Assembly (NCBI GenBank): GCA_030248215.1
Contig: JASANG010000295.1
Location: 1 to 64,000 of the forward strand
Direction of reading: 5' to 3'
Origin: Enoplolaimus lenunculus
Lineage: Eukaryota
Length of the DNA stretch: 64,000 nt
Shown here: positions 24,457 to 38,900 of the stretch, one piece after another
Layout: every line of letters begins with the position of its first letter
Numbering within the stretch: the first letter of the stretch is position 1
Position numbers and translations under genes: made by a program
The notes under the pieces: model-generated
Database searches by the model: none
What the model was told of the DNA's origin: nothing
What the model saw: the letters and a program-made list of their open reading frames with translations, nothing else

Positions 24457-25288
24457 AACTCTTTGCCTTAAGTCTTATATTCGAAGCAATGTACATGCGG
24501 GGCCTGGGAGGAGGCTCAGTCCACCTGCAAAAGCTTTGCCCCCCCTTAAAAATTTTTCCACCTTGATTTTAAGGCATTTTAACCTTTGCATGCCACCTTG
24601 AAAATTTCTGTTCAACTCGGAAACATCAAGTGGCTCTGTGTTGATTTTTTTCGGCTGGGGGTGATTAATTAACTCAGAATGAGTTCAATCAATTCTGAGT
24701 TCTAAAGACCTAATTTAGAGCTAGTCTTCTGAGTGGATTCAACTCATTCAAAGTTAAAATCAACATAGTAGGATTTACAGAGTGCTCAAAAAAGACCAAT
24801 TAGATAAAATTTAACTCTGCCAATAAACAACCCATTTAAATTTTAAGATGCCACACGTACCATTTGTTTGATATGTTTTATTTTCCTTTCATAATGTGAT
24901 TACTGCTTTAAATGTATAGTCTGGTATTTGTATTTCATGGGAATTAAATTCGAAAGCCAACACATGTTTTTAATTAAATGTTGTGAAAATGTAGTATATA
25001 TGTTTCTGAAAAATAATAACTACAAAGTAGTGCGCAGGTTGACCGCACTCGTTGCAAAGACATTTTTTAGCTTTCGCGTACTTTTCAACCAAATTCAGTA
25101 AGGTTAACGCCTAGGAATAGGCTTAAACATTTACTTACACAAATTACTTAACGGGCTTTTTTTTCGCAAACCTAAGTCAAAGCTTGTGAGGTGAAAGCGG
25201 CCAAGAGCCAATAACTGTGCAGAATAGGTTTCTTGCGATGATGTTCGCAAATTATATTGTAGAAAATGCATTCATTAATTAAAGTGTA

Positions 25289-25731
25289 CTATAATGATCC
25301 GAATAAGAGGGGGGACTGATATTTATTTGGCGTCTCCAGAGGGTACCCCCATGTTATTCGGTTACGGACTGTTATTTATTTTTAACCCACGCACCGCCGC
25401 TCTTCGTTACTGATATATTCGGTACTGCAAATATCCGTTGAATTAAACGTTTATTTGTCTTGTGTCAATAGCTTGAGCGATAATGCAAAGTTATACTTAG
25501 GAATGTACTTTCAAAATTTACGCACGTTTTAAAGTTTCGAACTCAAATTATTTGGTCCTGGAGTCATTTATGCCCTACAATTAGGGTTAATTGACATTTA
25601 TGGACTCTAATTAGGGTTTAGGGACTCTATCCGCTTACGGACTCTTATTAGGGATAGGGACTCCAATTGATTCGGACTCAAAATGGGGACCCCCTCTTAT
25701 TACACCTCCCCTCTTATTCGGGTCAATACAG
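25289..25731 (+). mobile_element. MITE family A, full length
   Basis: TA|CTATAATGATCCGAATAAGAGGGG ... CCCCTCTTATTCGGGTCAATACAG|TA. Confidence 0.85.
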
Positions 25732-26578
25732 TAATCACAGAACTCGCTGTACCGGTATTGTCTCTGTGATCGATAACTCAAGATTTACAAACTGCAAATG
25801 TTTGAAAATAGTTTTGGGTTTCGCTAAACCTTTCAGGAGTATTGATTGAGCAACGTTATTTAATATCAATAATTAAAATACAATCACAATTTTACTATTT
25901 ATATTAATATTTAAAGGTTCGCAAACTGTTTTGTATGCAGGGCCATTGGCCCGTAGCCAGCTCAGCTTGCTGAGATAGGGGCTAAAAACTTTTCATGCGG
26001 AGCTATGCAGAGGGTTTCGATGACACTTACAAGCAAGGCTGCAAATTTTCTAGGGATGTCAAAATTTTTTCAGGTGGGCTTAGGCACCTGTGGCTCGCCT
26101 TTGGCTAGGAGCCATGGGATGTAAAGCGTGCGCAAGTGAAGATCATTATAAGTAATATCTTTTACAATACGGCATATATGTATTTATAAAAATTTCTTAC
26201 TGTGCAAACAGACTGCAGTTGCACCCACTTAAATGCATTACCAGCGCCCATTCTCGTAGTTGTAAACAAAAGCTAAAGGCATCTATTCAGTAGGAATACT
26301 CGTAATTAATTATTTAGGCCAAAATTTTAATAACACATGTGGCTACAGCAAGTACTGTATGTTCTGATGTTAAAAGATAAACGAGTAAATCGGTTTGCAG
26401 GCAAATATGGACATCTTGTACACTTTCCCCCAGATACAAGGTTAATTATTATGCATAAGAATAGGTTAGGCTACAGCTAGGTTAAGTAAGCAATTTTCTA
26501 AGCTTATTGTATAAGCCTATACCTTATTCCAAACGTAAATGTAAGGTACAGTTCGTTATAGCCAAATATGGTATAAGA

Positions 26579-26751
26579 CAGTGGCGGATCCAGGATTTCA
26601 AAATGGGGGGGGCAAAAGTTCACATGTAATAAACTTATTTTTTCGCCCACACACAAACCACGAACTATTGCCATAAAATTGCTATATAATTTTTGTCGAG
26701 ATGGTGTTGGGGGGGGCACGGCCGGGGTGCCCCCCCATGGATCCGCCATTG
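26579..26751. mobile_element. hAT-like MITE family E with perfect 8-bp TSD
   Basis: GTATAAGA|CAGTGGCGGATCC...GGATCCGCCATTG|GTATAAGA. Confidence 0.9.
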
Positions 26752-27070
26752 GTATAAGAAATGTAAAATCATGACATATAAATTGAAACCTTAGGTTTCA
26801 CTAAATGAAAGCAGACTTGCCATGGACGGCAAGAAATACAGGGATAGTTCCTGAATGGCTATTCACCGTAAATTGGATTTCAACGGGTCGTTTCTCTATA
26901 GAAATATCCCTCATTCTCTTGTTATCCCTATGGTAACTTATCTGATACACTTTGGTTTTTTCGTTTGTGATTGGCTAAAGTTTCAATATGAAACAGAGCA
27001 AAGAGTAATTAATAATAAACCAGATTTGTTACACTATCCAGGTTAGTTAGCATTCGTATAAATAATTTGT

Positions 27071-27435
27071 ACGAAACATTACAAGCTTTTTTAGATAATG
27101 CGTGTTTAGCCTTAGTATTATTAGGCATCAAGAGTGTATATTTCATAGAGTGTGACACCTGTTAGTACTAAGTAATGTGTCACTGATTCAAATGTCACTC
27201 TGTCCGAATATGACAATACCCCCTCCCTAAAGGATAGGTTATTTTGGCAATGTTACGAAACATTACATCCTTCTTTAGATCATGGGTTTGTCGTAGTATC
27301 TTTAGGCATTAAGAGTGTATATTTCATAGAGTTCGACACCTCTTATTGATAAATAATGTGTTCTTGTTTCAAATATCACTCGATTCCAATATGACAACAG
27401 CCCATCCCTGATTAGACATGGGTAATTCTGGCAAA
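27071..27435. repeat. Diverged tandem duplication, two units of about 185 bp
   Basis: ACGAAACATTACA...TTAGGCATYAAGAGTGTATATTTCATAGAGT...AATATGACAA occurs twice in tandem. Confidence 0.75.
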
Positions 27436-30400
27436 TTTTGCATATAGTACCTATTTTATTAAACTATTTTGCAACCATACGCCTTGAGACTGCTAATTAG
27501 TTTAACACTAAAATGTGCCTAACGGACATTCTGTTATTTTTAGGGTCAAAATTACTTATGAATCATGTATATATCTTGCAACTTATATATATTACATTTT
27601 GGCCGCAATTGTTGGAAATGAAATAAAAAATTACTAAATGTATCCAAGATCTTCAAAATTTCGCTGCATCACCCATTTTTGCTTTGAAATTTAAGAAAAC
27701 ACGGTGAATATTTGTAGCCGTTTGAGCCACGCATAACCCTTGCGGCCACCTTCTGGCCCTGCCCATGCTTCTACGAATCGTCTAAGAGAAGAACCACAAA
27801 TCAAAGCTCACCCTGTCACTGACTGTAATCGCCAAGAAGATAAGCGGCCTTCTGCTAACAATGCGCGATAATAAAAACAAGCGTTATATTCTTGCAGGTT
27901 ACAAGTTCATTGCGGAAACGGAAACGTATTCCAAGGTTCAGCCCCCCCACATCCGGAAATTATATATCCATCACGCTAAAGTTTTTCCCAGCGTGAAAAT
28001 TAATACGCCAAATCTCAGCATGGCCGTGAATGTTTTGGACCTCTCCTACTGTTTAGTTAGTGTACGGTTAGCTCCGTGTTTGGAAACTTTATATCAGGAG
28101 TGGCAGACCCAGAAAAAATTGTATTGAATAAAAAATGCACGGAGTAAGAGAAAACACATAAGAATTGAGAACAAATCTTGATAGAAATAGAGCGATACTT
28201 CGAAGTTTACATTTGACTCTAGATACCGTCCGAATCTGAGCATTTTTCAATTTTGTATTGGACAAACTGTTTTTGGTTTATAATGCGAAGACGTGTTCAA
28301 AGGTACACAATGAACCCATCTGAATCCGCCACTGATTACAGAATTTATTTAATTGTAGTTTTCAATGACCAAATTCCTTCATTCGTTTTGTTGCACGAAG
28401 GGATGTCTCTATTCAGTTGATTCTTTTGATTTACGGGTAATAGCCAGGATGTAACTGGATATCAGTTTTCGTTTTCAGTAAAAATCAGTGCCCGTTTCCG
28501 TATTTTTAGTATCCGTTTACACCCTGTTAATAATGGCTACGATGAACGATTCATATTTGTAGAAAATAAATGTCGCATAACACGTTTCGGTACACGTTGA
28601 GATTTGAAATACCCATAGTTTGAAAATGATTTTAATAATGTTTAGTGCTAATTTCGCGTTGCCAACAGACTTGAAAACTCTCTTGGCAAATATGCAGTTG
28701 TTTAAGTTCATACCTTTTTAGCTTAGAAATGCAAGACAAATCCTGGTTTTGAATTATTTTTCAATGGTTCGCTTCGCATCGTCTATGTATTTATAATCAG
28801 CACGTTCAGAGCAACTTAGCGCAGTCAACTTTGACATCCTAAACGCGTTGCTAGGATATTTATTTGGGATTGGTCTTTGACAACAAGAAGTCATAGTCAT
28901 TCTTGGTTTATAGACAGGAGCGTCTTTTGACTCCAGCCTCCCCTGGTTTCGCAATTGTCAGATCATATACTCAGGGTAGGCTCTTATATACTTCATTCAC
29001 ATATAAGGATTAAAGACTTATGGTTCTGGTTCAGGCTTGGGTAAAGGACAAAAATTCTAGAGACGAGAAAAATAGCACCGTTACAGGTTTTTAATATCCT
29101 GCTGGATCATGAAGCAATCATCTAAAAGTAACCACCTTGCTCGCTATGCTTGTTCCTAAATAGATTTAGGGAGGTTATACAACCCCAAAATGAAATCCTG
29201 GCTGGATAAGCGTGGGCGGCTCAGCTATCCCTCGAGAAATATTTTGTTTTCCCCACCTAGAAAAATTTCAGAGGCTCAGCCCTCCCCTGAAAAATGTTTT
29301 GGCCCCCCTAGTCAAATTTCAACCTTGCTTGTAAGTGCATGAAAACACTTGTGTGTCCCTCCTCAAAATTTTTTAGCCTTCTAGCAAGGTGAGCTGGCTA
29401 CGGGCCTATGCTTGCGCGGGCACCCAAACTACAAATTCTTGAATCTCTACTGGTTTGACACTTTTTATCAAACCATATTCGTTGGTTTTACTCTTAAATC
29501 ACGTGTTTTTTAAAAGAAGTGCTAACCATCAATTAGCGGCATATCAATCCGTTTATGCTAGGTAGCAAACCATTTCAATTGCTATATGTCAACTGTATAG
29601 TTTTTTTGAACAAAATGTCGTATAATTTTTATCGAAACCAAGTGATACCTGGCATAAATATAGTGTGACTCTAAAAAGCAAACGCACAGGCGGGATAACA
29701 GAAATTGAACCCATTTCGAAGTTTTCAAAGAAACCATATTAGATTCTTATGGTCAAAAATTATTCCCGCTCGCTATGCTTGCTACCAAAAGCAACGTTAA
29801 CATAATGTTAATCCCTCCGAAAATGCAATTCTGCGTACAACCCTGCCGAAGAAGCAGGCAACAAAATGTCAGACACAGCTCCATCGGAGTTTTGTCTAAA
29901 ATTGAGTGAAGAAAAACAACACAACCTCAACATAAGGTTATTAGGTCTCCCAAAGCACAACAAAATGAATGTTTTTTATCATTATTCAATGCTGACCGCA
30001 AGAACCCAACGGGTAGTGGCGGCTCAATGAAATTTTTGACGATGGGCGGTAAAATACGCTATTTAGTGATCGCGGGAAACGAGCGAGAAGCCAAACACAA
30101 TTTTAGTATTTACTCAACCTAAATACAAAATTTTGGTTTTGATTAATGTTCAACTGGGACGTTGTCTGTGCGCCCCCCCTAAGATCAGTCAGTAATTTCA
30201 GTATTGTATTCGCAAACCCACTTTGTCTATGTTGTCCTTTGTTTTGCTTTGATAGACACGCATGCATTTTTAAGATAGACAACAGTGTCTTTGTTGGGAA
30301 CCACGCATGGAATTCAGTAAACTGGCCGGCAAATAGACTGTTAGATTTTGGAATGCTCCAGCAGGAGCGGATTCAAGGAGGGAGGCTATTGTGTGCCCGT

Positions 30401-33011
30401 GAATCCCCCTTTGTGTCATTCTGGTAACAAAATTTCACAAACCATTCGCGCATACTAGATTGTCCTTGCATTCTTATTCAGTATGCACCGTGGAATCTCA
30501 ACTTGTAAGTCCCGTTTCATCGATTTCTGGATACTCACCTGCCTATAGGGGAGCGTAGCCAAAGGTGGGGTTTTGGAGCGTAGACTTGCGCAATTCATGT
30601 TGAGAAACATTTTGCAAGAATTCGCGTTTTGATTGGATATTGTCAGCGCCGCATCATATACTAAAAATCCATGACAAACTCAAAATATTCTGCATCCTGT
30701 ATTTCAAAACCCGTACTTAAAATCGTAGGTGATGTAAATCAGATCCTGTTGACAAATCTTTTTAAGTGCGGACTGTCAGTCCTTCGAACCCTGTGGCAAC
30801 CTGCCAGGCAAGCTCTTGTTGTAAATCTTGTCCTGGTTCGGCTTTAACGGACTACTACGATTTGACGACGCCAATTTCGAAATAATTATAGTAAAAAGTG
30901 TCTTATTTACTGTGGGCTGTCGCAAAATTTAAATACTTATTTTGTCTCATATATCACACTTAAAACTTATCACAAAACGTACAAAATCTATTTGATGGGC
31001 AGTTCAGTTCAGCGTACGTGTTCTGCCATAGGTGCTATATGCTTTATGTCGTTGTCAAAACAATTCTTATCTACATACCTCGGTAGCTCATAGCTACAAC
31101 ACTAAATGTTTACGACACAGACCCGCCGCCAGCTCACCTTGCTACGGGGAATTCAAAATTTACTCAAGGAGCATACAAGCGTTTTCGATTACTTACAAAG
31201 AAAGCTCAAAATTTTCTAGACGGGCAAAATTTTTCGAGGGGAATGAGCCCCCCTGACCTCCTTTGGGCTACGAGCCTCATCTTTCATGTCTTTACATGAA
31301 CCGTAGTGTAGTGCGCGCTAGGGGACTGTAGCTTCGTGTCTTTAGGTGGACCATGGCGTAGTGGATGCTAGAGTGTTGTAGCCCCACTTTTTTCTGGCTA
31401 GCTCATGCGATGACACCGCATATTCTTCAACTTTATTCATTGCTTGAAATAGTTATTTTGTATTATTGAAATTATTTAACCCCCCTCTTGTTTTGTAAAC
31501 GTTCCTCGGTATCTGTTTTAGAAGTGAATATGAAAGTTTGCAGGCGGCCTGGTACGAGCGGTCGTTCGCAGGGACCACCCCGTAGACACTCTATGAATGT
31601 ATGCAAGGTTGTTTGTACTTAAGTTCGTTTCCAGGAACCCCACCGTAGACACACTCAAATATTTGCGACGGGCACAGGAACCCATAAAGCTTAGACCTCC
31701 TGGTACTTTAATCCCAGACGAAAATATAGGCGAAAATATAACGTCCCGGTCATATTTTTAAACAAAATTAGTCTAGCTACCTGTATATTGTTGTTTTTAC
31801 CCAATTGCATATTATGTCGTATCCCAAGTCGCGATTGAGCCAAATTCAGAATTCGGCTAGTCGAGGTCGGAATTAATATTCGAACAAAAAATGCCACCTA
31901 AGTATTTACCCCGTGTGATTTTTTTGTACAAGAAACCCTTTGTGTCACTTTTAGGCGATATTATTTATCACTTATTTATTTGTAGGTTAGCAATGGATAA
32001 GCATGATAAATTTCACAAATTTACAATGATTTATGTTGCAGCTGAAAGTGTGTCTTTCCCGATAAAGGTTTAAAACAGATATACTTTTTGATATTGAAAA
32101 ATGACTGGTTTACCGCATTACGGCCATCCTCAACCAACCTATATAAAGTAAATAGTCGAGCCTTGAAGTTTGGATTTTCCCCAAACAAAAATTGTTCGTA
32201 CCATATAATAATAACGACATTGGCTGAGGTTAGGCGTATTTTTAAGCTTAGCCAATGTTTCAACCTAAACCACGCCAAAGCGGAAGCCTAAGACCTCAGC
32301 TTAAGCCTAAGCTCATGCTTTTAGAGAATAATAAACAGTAACGAGGGGTGGAGGAATTTACCTCCTATAAAATTAACGTTTGTGTTGTGGAACCCAACAC
32401 GGGCGTCCGCTCTTAATCAGCTCAAGTCTACTCCCTCGATGCGTTGTCAACGAAATCGAAATCAACAAACTGATCCCCTGTGAATCCAGCAAACGTAAAT
32501 TTGATAAATTCTTCCTAGTGAACGATTAGAATTAACTCGATTTCTCTGAATTTGCTGTCTTGAAATTATTTCTATGCCCAGCGAGACGCAATAATAATAA
32601 TAATAATAATCTCTTGCTCGCGAGTTACACTGATAGAGTCAAGCGGTAATGTTTTAATCATTGATCATCTTACAGTTTACAGTTAGAATCACGCTTAAGA
32701 ATTCATATTTCTGAAGAAATAGATTTTGAAAAGTTGCAATTTATCTTATATCTATATAAAGCTAGGCCGCCCCATCGTTTTCCGTTTCCGTTGGTTCGAT
32801 CACTATTCGTTTCCGTTTTCATTATTTTTACTTTTCGTTCACATCTTACAATTACCCTATATGTGCGAATTACAACTCGATTGACTTGCTCTCAATGACT
32901 GGTTTAGTCACTGCAATTAGTCTGTTCCTGAACTTGTTTTTCTTGGACATTAACCGACGAAATGTGATGTTTTGGGAAGTTAGAGTCACATCCGTGATAG
33001 GTGGATCTCGT

Positions 33012-33140
33012 TATATATACATATATAAATCTTTATATACATACATACACATATATATGTATATATATAATATATATATAAATAGTATATATATACATAT
33101 ATATATAAATACATAATATAATATATATATATATACATAA

Positions 33141-33172
<32 letters not shown>

Positions 33173-33178
33173 CTATAT
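33012..33178. repeat. Imperfect (TA)n microsatellite
   Basis: Direct reading. Confidence 0.95.
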
Positions 33179-35676
33179 CGCTACACTATGTATATCAAAA
33201 GAAATATAAATCTTTGCATATATTTCTTTTCTATATAATTGAATTTAATTTTGATCCAAACTATGGACATGCCAAGATTGTAAATTGAAAAAAATGAGAC
33301 TGACAAAGATTTCAGATATATAACTTCACAGCATGAACCGAACCCGACTGCTTCGACGTACTTTTATCCCGAGAGCATTCGACACTATTGATGAGTGTTC
33401 ATTAATGTGATAGTCAGTTTTATTTTCAGCGATATAGATTTGTTTTATATTTAGTTTTGTCGACATTAGTTTTTCTGTCGTTAGACCCCTTAGGCTCTTG
33501 GCAGCTAGCTGTATATTTTAGCATATTGTTCAGTATATGACAAGTATAACCTGCTTTTAAATCTGGGTATACAGAGCGCAGTTGCGTAAGGAAACATTTG
33601 AACTGGAGGGTGCATTTAGGGCTATCATGCGGCTTCCCCGGTTCTAAGAGCTAAATAACGGCTTGAAACTCCTAGATCAGCCAGTGTATCGTGAACCAGT
33701 GATGTAGTATTAAGCTATAGTAATTTCGTGATTCAAGCACAAGCCTTCAGGGTTCAAGCCGGCTGCACACAAGTCGTTTTCATCCATACATTTTCTTATA
33801 TTTACAATTAAGCCCTATTCGCACGTGCATTTTTTGCAGCAAAAGCTTTCACGTGCAACTCTCGTGTGCAAGTTTGGTTACAAAACAGTTTTGAAGTTCT
33901 TGCAACTACAAATTATTCACTGGAATACATTGTATTAAACTTATTTCGCACATTTGAACGCAATTGTATTGAATTTCTTTCACCTGCATTTTAATTGGCC
34001 AATTGAGAATTATGTGCTGAGCACTTCTCGACTTCAAACTTTTTGAGTCTAAGCAAGAATCTTGAATTAATTCGATATTTCACACTACACAGCAATGTTG
34101 ACTAGACTATTGTTGCATATTGAGCGCTAAATAGAACTTTTAGAATTTAATAAAAGCATTTACAAAGTCAAGAATTTGTGCGTGAAATCTTTTTCGTGTG
34201 TGAATGTTTCTTGCAGCTGAAACTTACAGCTTTGACTCAATTAATCCTGTACTATATCTGGTGTTAAACAGACAAGTGTTATTGTTTGACAGACTCATAA
34301 ATAGGCCGCAAAATCAATGCTAATTCAAGTAGTTTTAAACGGTAAGAAATATGTCACGCGACTATCTCACAGAATTTATTTAAAATCACTTTTATGAAGT
34401 TGTTATTGCTTTCTTGTTTTCCGATAAAGTTTATTTACCTTGAAGCAATAATAATAAAAGCACTAGAAGTTTTTGAAATTCGTGACGTACTCAAACGCGT
34501 AGCCAGCTCAACTTGCTAGAGGAGGCTAAAATTTTTCAGGAGGGGCATGCAACCTGGACGTACTGCACACAAATTATTGCCAAGCTATGCATTTTAAGTT
34601 ACCACGACCATTACAGGTATGCGCCTAAACCGATGAGGGCTTAATATAGATGATTCCGAATGTTAATAGCTTCAAAGTTTAAATTAACATTAAATTCTTC
34701 GTCATTGATGCATAGGCCATAATGAGGAACGTAGCTAGAATTTCATTTCAAGAGGACAACCTGAGGAAAGCTTAGACAAATGTAAAAAGCTTAGAATTAC
34801 ACGAGTGTTTAGGCTTACGATTACGCTTAGGTTCATGTTTACGCTGACCAGAGCAATAAACACGGTACCGTATCTAAAATTAAAACGTACCTGTCACATA
34901 AGATAAAAATTATTTGTTCGTGGAATTAAGCGTAAAAACAGTTTGCAAGAAAACGCAAAATAAATTACGATGTCTATTGAACCGTTCGAAACCAATAAAA
35001 TCCGCATATTGTTTAATACGTTCTCTGTTGGGTTTAAAGGTTTCAAAGTAATGAAGCCACCAGAAAATTCCGGGGGCTCCGAACAAACGTTTTTGCCAAT
35101 TTCTTATACGCCTTATATTTCAATACGTTACAAATATATATGTCACCAATGAAATTGCTATCTTATGCGGTTTTGACGAGTTGAATAAATTTTATCTGGA
35201 TGACGAGTTGAATAAATTTTATCTCGAACAATATTTAGGGGAACTGTATTCAAAGGGGAATAACGGATATATATTTTTCGAAATTCATAGTGGGCCGATA
35301 ATAAGGAAATATCTCGCTGGGAAGTTTACCACTTCGTGGTACCATTGAGAAGATGTATTGTAAATAGTAGAAGTGGCTCATGCTTATAGTTTATTTATGA
35401 GTAGATTATTCAACAGCAACATTCTATTTATTGTTTAAAACTTAAAATAAAATGCTATTAATTTGCTATAAAATATCCGTTGTGGCAGCGCTAAACCATC
35501 AAATTTATCCAACAACCATATTTATATAACGCATAAATTCAACCAGTAAAATTTAACGAGAATAGCTGAAACAGCGAACGCTAACCATTTTTAATTAAAA
35601 ATTTGTTTGGATCTCAACTTCAACTTTTATAAGAGATTGACAACATCCATCCTATGTTTCCGACTCCAGTACGAAA

Positions 35677-35836
35677 ATGGATTACATTCGAAGCTTTGAT
35701 ATCCGGTTAGAAAAAGATGTTTACTACGCCGGTGAAACGCTTAGTGGTCATGTTGTGCTCGAAAATATTGAAAATATTAAGATCAAAGGTAAGAGTAGTT
35801 GGCAGTTAAAGTGGACTGATCTAAGCTGTTGGAATT

Positions 35837-35914
<78 letters not shown>

Positions 35915-38900
35915 ATCTATTCATATATATATGTATATATATGTATGTGTGTATGTATATGTATATGTATATATGTATATATAAGAACAAATAATATTTT
36001 TTCAGGCATCCGCGTAATTTTGAGAGGTAAAGCGCATGCTGAATGGAAAATAATGAAATCAGGCGAACGTCGCACTGTCAAAGACGATCAATATTTGCTC
36101 GATGATAAGGCTGTGATTTGGGGAAAAGGTTAGTAGCTGCATTTTTTGCTGAATTTTATTTTGTATGTGAAATTTCATGCTGAGCACAATTATTTTTCTT
36201 TTTATTAATGTTAATCTTCATAAAATTTCAGACAAACACGAGGATGATTCAGCAATGCCAATACTACATCGTGGAGTGCATCAGCTGCCATTTAAATTCA
36301 ATCTGCCTCAAACTGCGTTACCATGTTCGTTTGAGTCAAAAGCGGGAACGATACGATACTATATTAAAGTAAGAGTTTGAACCAAACTGATGTAAAGCAG
36401 TGTGTGATGGATACAGCATGTCATGGTCAGGTTGCAACCGGATACTCGGCATAGGCCCGGGTTGAACAAGTGCGTTGCTGATACTTGAAACATTCTCTGT
36501 ATTAGCCGCAATTGCAACGATTTGATGTAAAAGTTTAATAGATTAGAATTGAGAGAATTCTACCGAAGCAGCTGGGTAAATGTTTTTACCGAAACTTTTG
36601 TTGTTTCTCGGTGTTTCACAGGTGATTATCGATATTCCGTACTCGTGTCCTCCGCAAGGCATGAAGTATTTCACAATCATCGGACCTCACATTGATTGTA
36701 TGGAAGAAAAATATTTAGTAAGTGTTTCGTATGTTCATTTTTATTTTAATATAGTTTGACCACTGTTACGCTGTTTATTTGTATTGAATATTTTTAATTG
36801 TTTGCATTTTTCACATCTAGACGCTCATTGATACCGTTCATTTAAATTTTGCGTCTCCCTGTCGCATGGTTTGATGTTTTAACCAGTTATTCTGTTTGGT
36901 GTTACAATTGTCCACGATGAGCTGAGTTGATTACTAGGTTTTCTTTAGCCTAGCAATGGCAAAAATCTGCCAAAACACGCGCGGCACGTAATTACGTGTT
37001 GCCTGAATGAGCAGATAGTGCTAGATAAAAACCCATTTTACACATCGATATAGGCAACACCCGATAGCTGTGAGGAAGGAGTCCGGCGCGTCCTCTGCGG
37101 CGATGAGGAGGTTGAGTACCTTGTTAACATACTACAAATTCAATTATAGAATTTGCAGGGTTGGACAGCAGGAGGACCAAAACACAAAGCGCCGGCCCAA
37201 CCGCCAAAGATACATATTGAATTCTTACCGCGCGGGGGCGGGGAACTATGGCACCAGAGTTTTCGCAGGGCGGAGTCGGGTCGGGTGGAAAATTTCGACC
37301 CCATGGCATTCCTGTGAATTATAAATCACGGGCCTAGAAAATTGCTACGCTAAGTAGCGCTTGAAAAGACATATATATGCAACCCGAACAAACAAGGGTG
37401 GCGGACGGTGGCGGATCGCGTTGCACGATAAGTAATAGCACCACCCTAAGTGTTTATATCGGCATGGGCTGTTATGTGCCCAATGAGATGCAGTTGCATT
37501 CCATCTTTTTAAACAGTTACAAAGCCAAAAAATAGAAAAAATTGCGGCCGCAGCAGCTCGAATCCTACATTCCCACCCGAACCGGAAAGCAATAGTCTTG
37601 CATAGCCGATGGGTATTCATAGGTACACTGCAAATTCCAATGAATTGACTCAATAAACTCGCCTAGCGAGTTAGTTATTTCTGAGTTAACAACAGTAAAC
37701 ATTAACTCGTGAGCTGAGTTGATTCTGGCTCTAAGTTGAGATTAGTTTTGGTTAATTGATTAACTATCATTAGTTTAATCAGCTCAGAATTCAGAGTTCT
37801 GATAGTCTTTACTCGAACTAAGTGATTCAACCTATGTTGACTTAAAATTAACTAAGTGAAATTGAAGTTTACACGTTATTACAACAATTCGTCAACCGAC
37901 AATTCTTTAATCGGCAACTCGTACAATCAGAAATCCTATCGACTCGACAATTAGTTTGTTACCGTTACGCTTAGAATTAGGCTTATGATTATGCCTAGTA
38001 CTTTGTGTAGGCTTTAGGTTTAGGATTATGCGAAGTATTGTGCGTAGGCTTAGGATTAAATTTGGTTTAATACACTGCGAGGTAACAACTGGTTGTTCGA
38101 CCAATTGTCGTAAATTCAAGTTCATGAGTTGACCATGACATAAATGATGCAGCGGCGGTTTCACTTTCAGAGCCCCATGGTCGGTCATGATAAAAAAACC
38201 ATGTGTTGCCTGTGTTGTCAACGAGGACCCATCGGACTTCATGTGACCCTGGAACGAACTGCGTATGTTTGCGGTGAAAACATGCGAATTCATACTCAGG
38301 TTGAAAATCAGTCAGATCAAGTTGCTGTCGTTAAAATTCGACTAGTACAGGTGTGTTTAGTTTGATACTGTTTATGAAAAACAAAAGTAAGTGGTTTAAG
38401 TTTTCGTGTAAGATTGGACTGTGGTGGAGCGGTGCGGGGGACGCTGGAGGAAAGCCGTCTCTCTTGACCGAAATGTTTTGTATGCAGATGATTCTAAAAA
38501 AATGGAGAAATTAAAATATAGCCGAAAACATAAGGCTCACTTTCGAAAAAATTTTGGCACCGCCAGTGCCAGAGCCATTTGTATCTTAGCCACTTTCTGC
38601 TTTTGTTTTAACTGTCACCATAGGCTAAGTCGTAATACCTAGTTCCTTAAAAACGTACACTGTAAATTCCAGTGAGTTGATTTTAATTCATTATAAATTG
38701 AATCGCTGAGTCTGAAATAAGACTTTCAGATCTCAAAATTCTAGGCTGATTCAACTCATTCTGAAGTAATCAACTCACCTGGAATTATCTCAATTTAGTG
38801 TGAGAATAACTCAACTAAGAGTGTATTAATGTTTTACTGACAGATATTAAACTCTCAGGAAGTACTAAATTCGATAGCTGAGATGATTAATCAACTCATG

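Noticed and set aside
28754..28954. Minus ORF faintly resembling a GIY-YIG endonuclease (VYK..YI..KR)
   Set aside because: Motif spacing is poor, there is an in-frame stop, and no neighbouring reverse transcriptase.
35789..35994. YIYIYI extension of the arrestin N-terminal ORF
   Set aside because: Read-through into the intron 1 (TA)n; the real donor is at 35789.
36400..36485. Possible intronic C/D snoRNA
   Set aside because: The C box is non-consensus, the terminal stem is minimal and no guide target is recognised.
37060..37653. Nested antisense gene in arrestin intron 4
   Set aside because: Only one short exon-like piece ([23 protein letters not shown]) among transposon fragments; no consistent chain.
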